Shown here piece after piece: positions 30,797 to 32,000 of a stretch of 32,000 nucleotides of DNA. The position numbers were made by a program, and so were the translations under genes. The notes below the pieces were generated by a model. The model was not told where the DNA came from, did no database searches, and saw nothing but the letters and a program-made list of their open reading frames with translations. Source of the stretch: Alkalilimnicola ehrlichii MLHE-1 (GTDB lineage Bacteria; Pseudomonadota; Gammaproteobacteria; Nitrococcales; Halorhodospiraceae); the NCBI RefSeq assembly GCF_000014785.1, contig NC_008340.1, forward strand, positions 3,090,001 through 3,122,000, given 5' to 3'. How positions within the stretch are numbered: position 1 is the stretch's first letter; each line of letters opens with the position of its first letter.

Positions 30797-31585
30797 TCAG
30801 GGCCCTGCCTGTGTCGCGGCCGCCCGCACCAGGGCGCGGAAAAGGGCGCGCTGCTCGCGCCGCTGTGGGAGGTACTCCGGGTGCCACTGGACACCCAACA
30901 ATAGGGCACCGCCGTCGCCCTCCACCGCCTGCACCACGCCGGTCCGCTCCCAGGCCGCCGCCTTCAGGCCCTCACCCAGTTCGGCGATGGCCTGACGGTG
31001 GAGGGAGTTTACCCGCGTATGGGGCCCCAGCCAGCGATAGAGCTGGGCGTCGCGCCGCACCGTCACCCGCTTATAGGGCCAAATGCTGTGTACCTGCGGG
31101 CTCTCCTGATAGAAGCTGCTCAGATCCTGGTGCAGGGAGCCGCCCATATAGACATTGAGCAACTGTGCACCGCGACAGATGCCCAGCACCGGCACATCGC
31201 GGGCCAGTGCGTCCGCCAGCAGGCGCCACTCCACCCCGTCGCGACCGCGATCCCCCCGCGGCCCCGGGCTGATGCTGAGCAGCCAGCGCAACAGATAAAG
31301 CACCGGCAGCAAGAGCCAGGAGAGCAGAAACCGCCACCACACCGTCCTGCCCCGGCGCAACTCCCCGGGCTCCACCCGCTCCTCGCCATAGAGGCCCGGA
31401 TCGACATCCGCACCACCGCCCAGGATCAAGCCGTCCAGGGGCCGCGGCGGCGCCGGGCGGGCCGGGGTGATCCGGCAGGGCCGGCCACCGGCCAGCCACA
31501 CCGCCACGGCGGTCATCAGCCAGGCCGCCGCCCCGCCGCGGTCCGGCCCGGTGACGCCAATCAGCGGTCGAGTCGGGCGAGGCAT
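30797..31585 (-). CDS. Class I glutamine amidotransferase / gamma-glutamyl-gamma-aminobutyrate hydrolase-like protein with hydrophobic insertion
   Basis: MPRPTRPLIGVTG...LDGLILGGGADVDPGLYGE...VPVLGICRGAQLLNVYMGGSLHQDL...GVQWHPEYL; likely ATG start at 31585 (track start 31639). Confidence 0.85.
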   Translation of the reverse strand: MPRPTRPLIGVTGPDRGGAAAWLMTAVAVWLAGGRPCRITPARPAPPRPLDGLILGGGADVDPGLYGEERVEPGELRRGRTVWWRFLLSWLLLPVLYLLRWLLSISPGPRGDRGRDGVEWRLLADALARDVPVLGICRGAQLLNVYMGGSLHQDLSSFYQESPQVHSIWPYKRVTVRRDAQLYRWLGPHTRVNSLHRQAIAELGEGLKAAAWERTGVVQAVEGDGGALLLGVQWHPEYLPQRREQRALFRALVRAAATQAGP

Positions 31586-32000
31586 TGGTCCACGTGCTGT
31601 ATCCAGCGATGCTCGGTGAGGCTGAATCCGCGTGCCCACCAGTCGGCCATCAGTTGCCCCAACCGCTGCGGGTCATCCGCCAGCCGCTCCACCATCAGCC
31701 AGTCGCGCCACGGCCGGGCGATACGCCAGTCGGGGTCGTCCACCAGACAGTTGGGCAGGCGATAGTGCCAAGTGGGTCGTGCCTGGGTGAGTGGGTCGTC
31801 CGGCAGCGCCCGGCGCACCCGGCCGGGGTCCACGTGGGCCAGCAGCGGCATCAGGTCCAGGCTGCGGTTACGGGTGGTATTGAAGGCCAGAAACTCGTCG
31901 ATGAAGGCACCGAGCCCGGGGCAATACCCGGGCTGGAGCAGCCGCCGGACGTACTCGGCGGGAAAGTCCTGGATGAACGGGGTGAGCCGGCGCACCGCGT
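31561..32000 (-). CDS. C-terminal part of putative amidoligase-family protein (continues past right edge)
   Basis: Ends ...FIQDFPAEYVRRLLQPGYCPGLGAFIDEFLAFNTTRNRSLDLMPLLAHVDPGRV...QARPTWHYRLPNCLVDDPDWRIARPWRDWLMVERLA, which I recall as typical of the amidoligase_2 family C-terminus; overlaps the start of the GATase gene. Confidence 0.6.
   Translation of the reverse strand, partial: AVRRLTPFIQDFPAEYVRRLLQPGYCPGLGAFIDEFLAFNTTRNRSLDLMPLLAHVDPGRVRRALPDDPLTQARPTWHYRLPNCLVDDPDWRIARPWRDWLMVERLADDPQRLGQLMADWWARGFSLTEHRWIQHVDQCLARLDR

Overview
High-GC gammaproteobacterial chromosomal window (composition and gene content suggest an Ectothiorhodospiraceae- or Halomonas-like organism; this is inference). 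About 0.9-17 kb is a PQQ-linked periplasmic alcohol/aldehyde oxidation island. It holds a porin, an ExaC/AcoD-type aldehyde dehydrogenase, a DUF779 protein, a TonB-dependent receptor that closely resembles E. coli YncD/PqqU, a PQQ alcohol dehydrogenase with the D-x-D motif expected of lanthanide-dependent enzymes, cytochrome c, a PedG/XoxJ-like binding protein, a fused SoxYZ-like carrier, a Zn metallohydrolase, a CxxxCW rhodanese-like protein, a small Sel1/TPR-like protein and an AcoR-type sigma54 activator. A soluble aldose sugar dehydrogenase (PQQ family) lies nearby on the opposite strand. I found -24/-12 sigma54 promoter matches by eye upstream of the aldehyde dehydrogenase, the alcohol dehydrogenase and (weaker) the divergent porin, with shared upstream decamers that could be the activator's binding sites. 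The rest comprises a tungstate-type ABC transporter (permease-ATPase-binding protein), a DUF2892 protein, an outer-membrane/lipoprotein-sorting/MMPL cluster, an HTH+PBP-like regulator, ssb, an MFS transporter, uvrA, and at the right edge a class I glutamine amidotransferase overlapping the end of a putative amidoligase. No tRNA, rRNA, CRISPR array or mobile element was recognised. Everything is by-eye reading; no database search was run.
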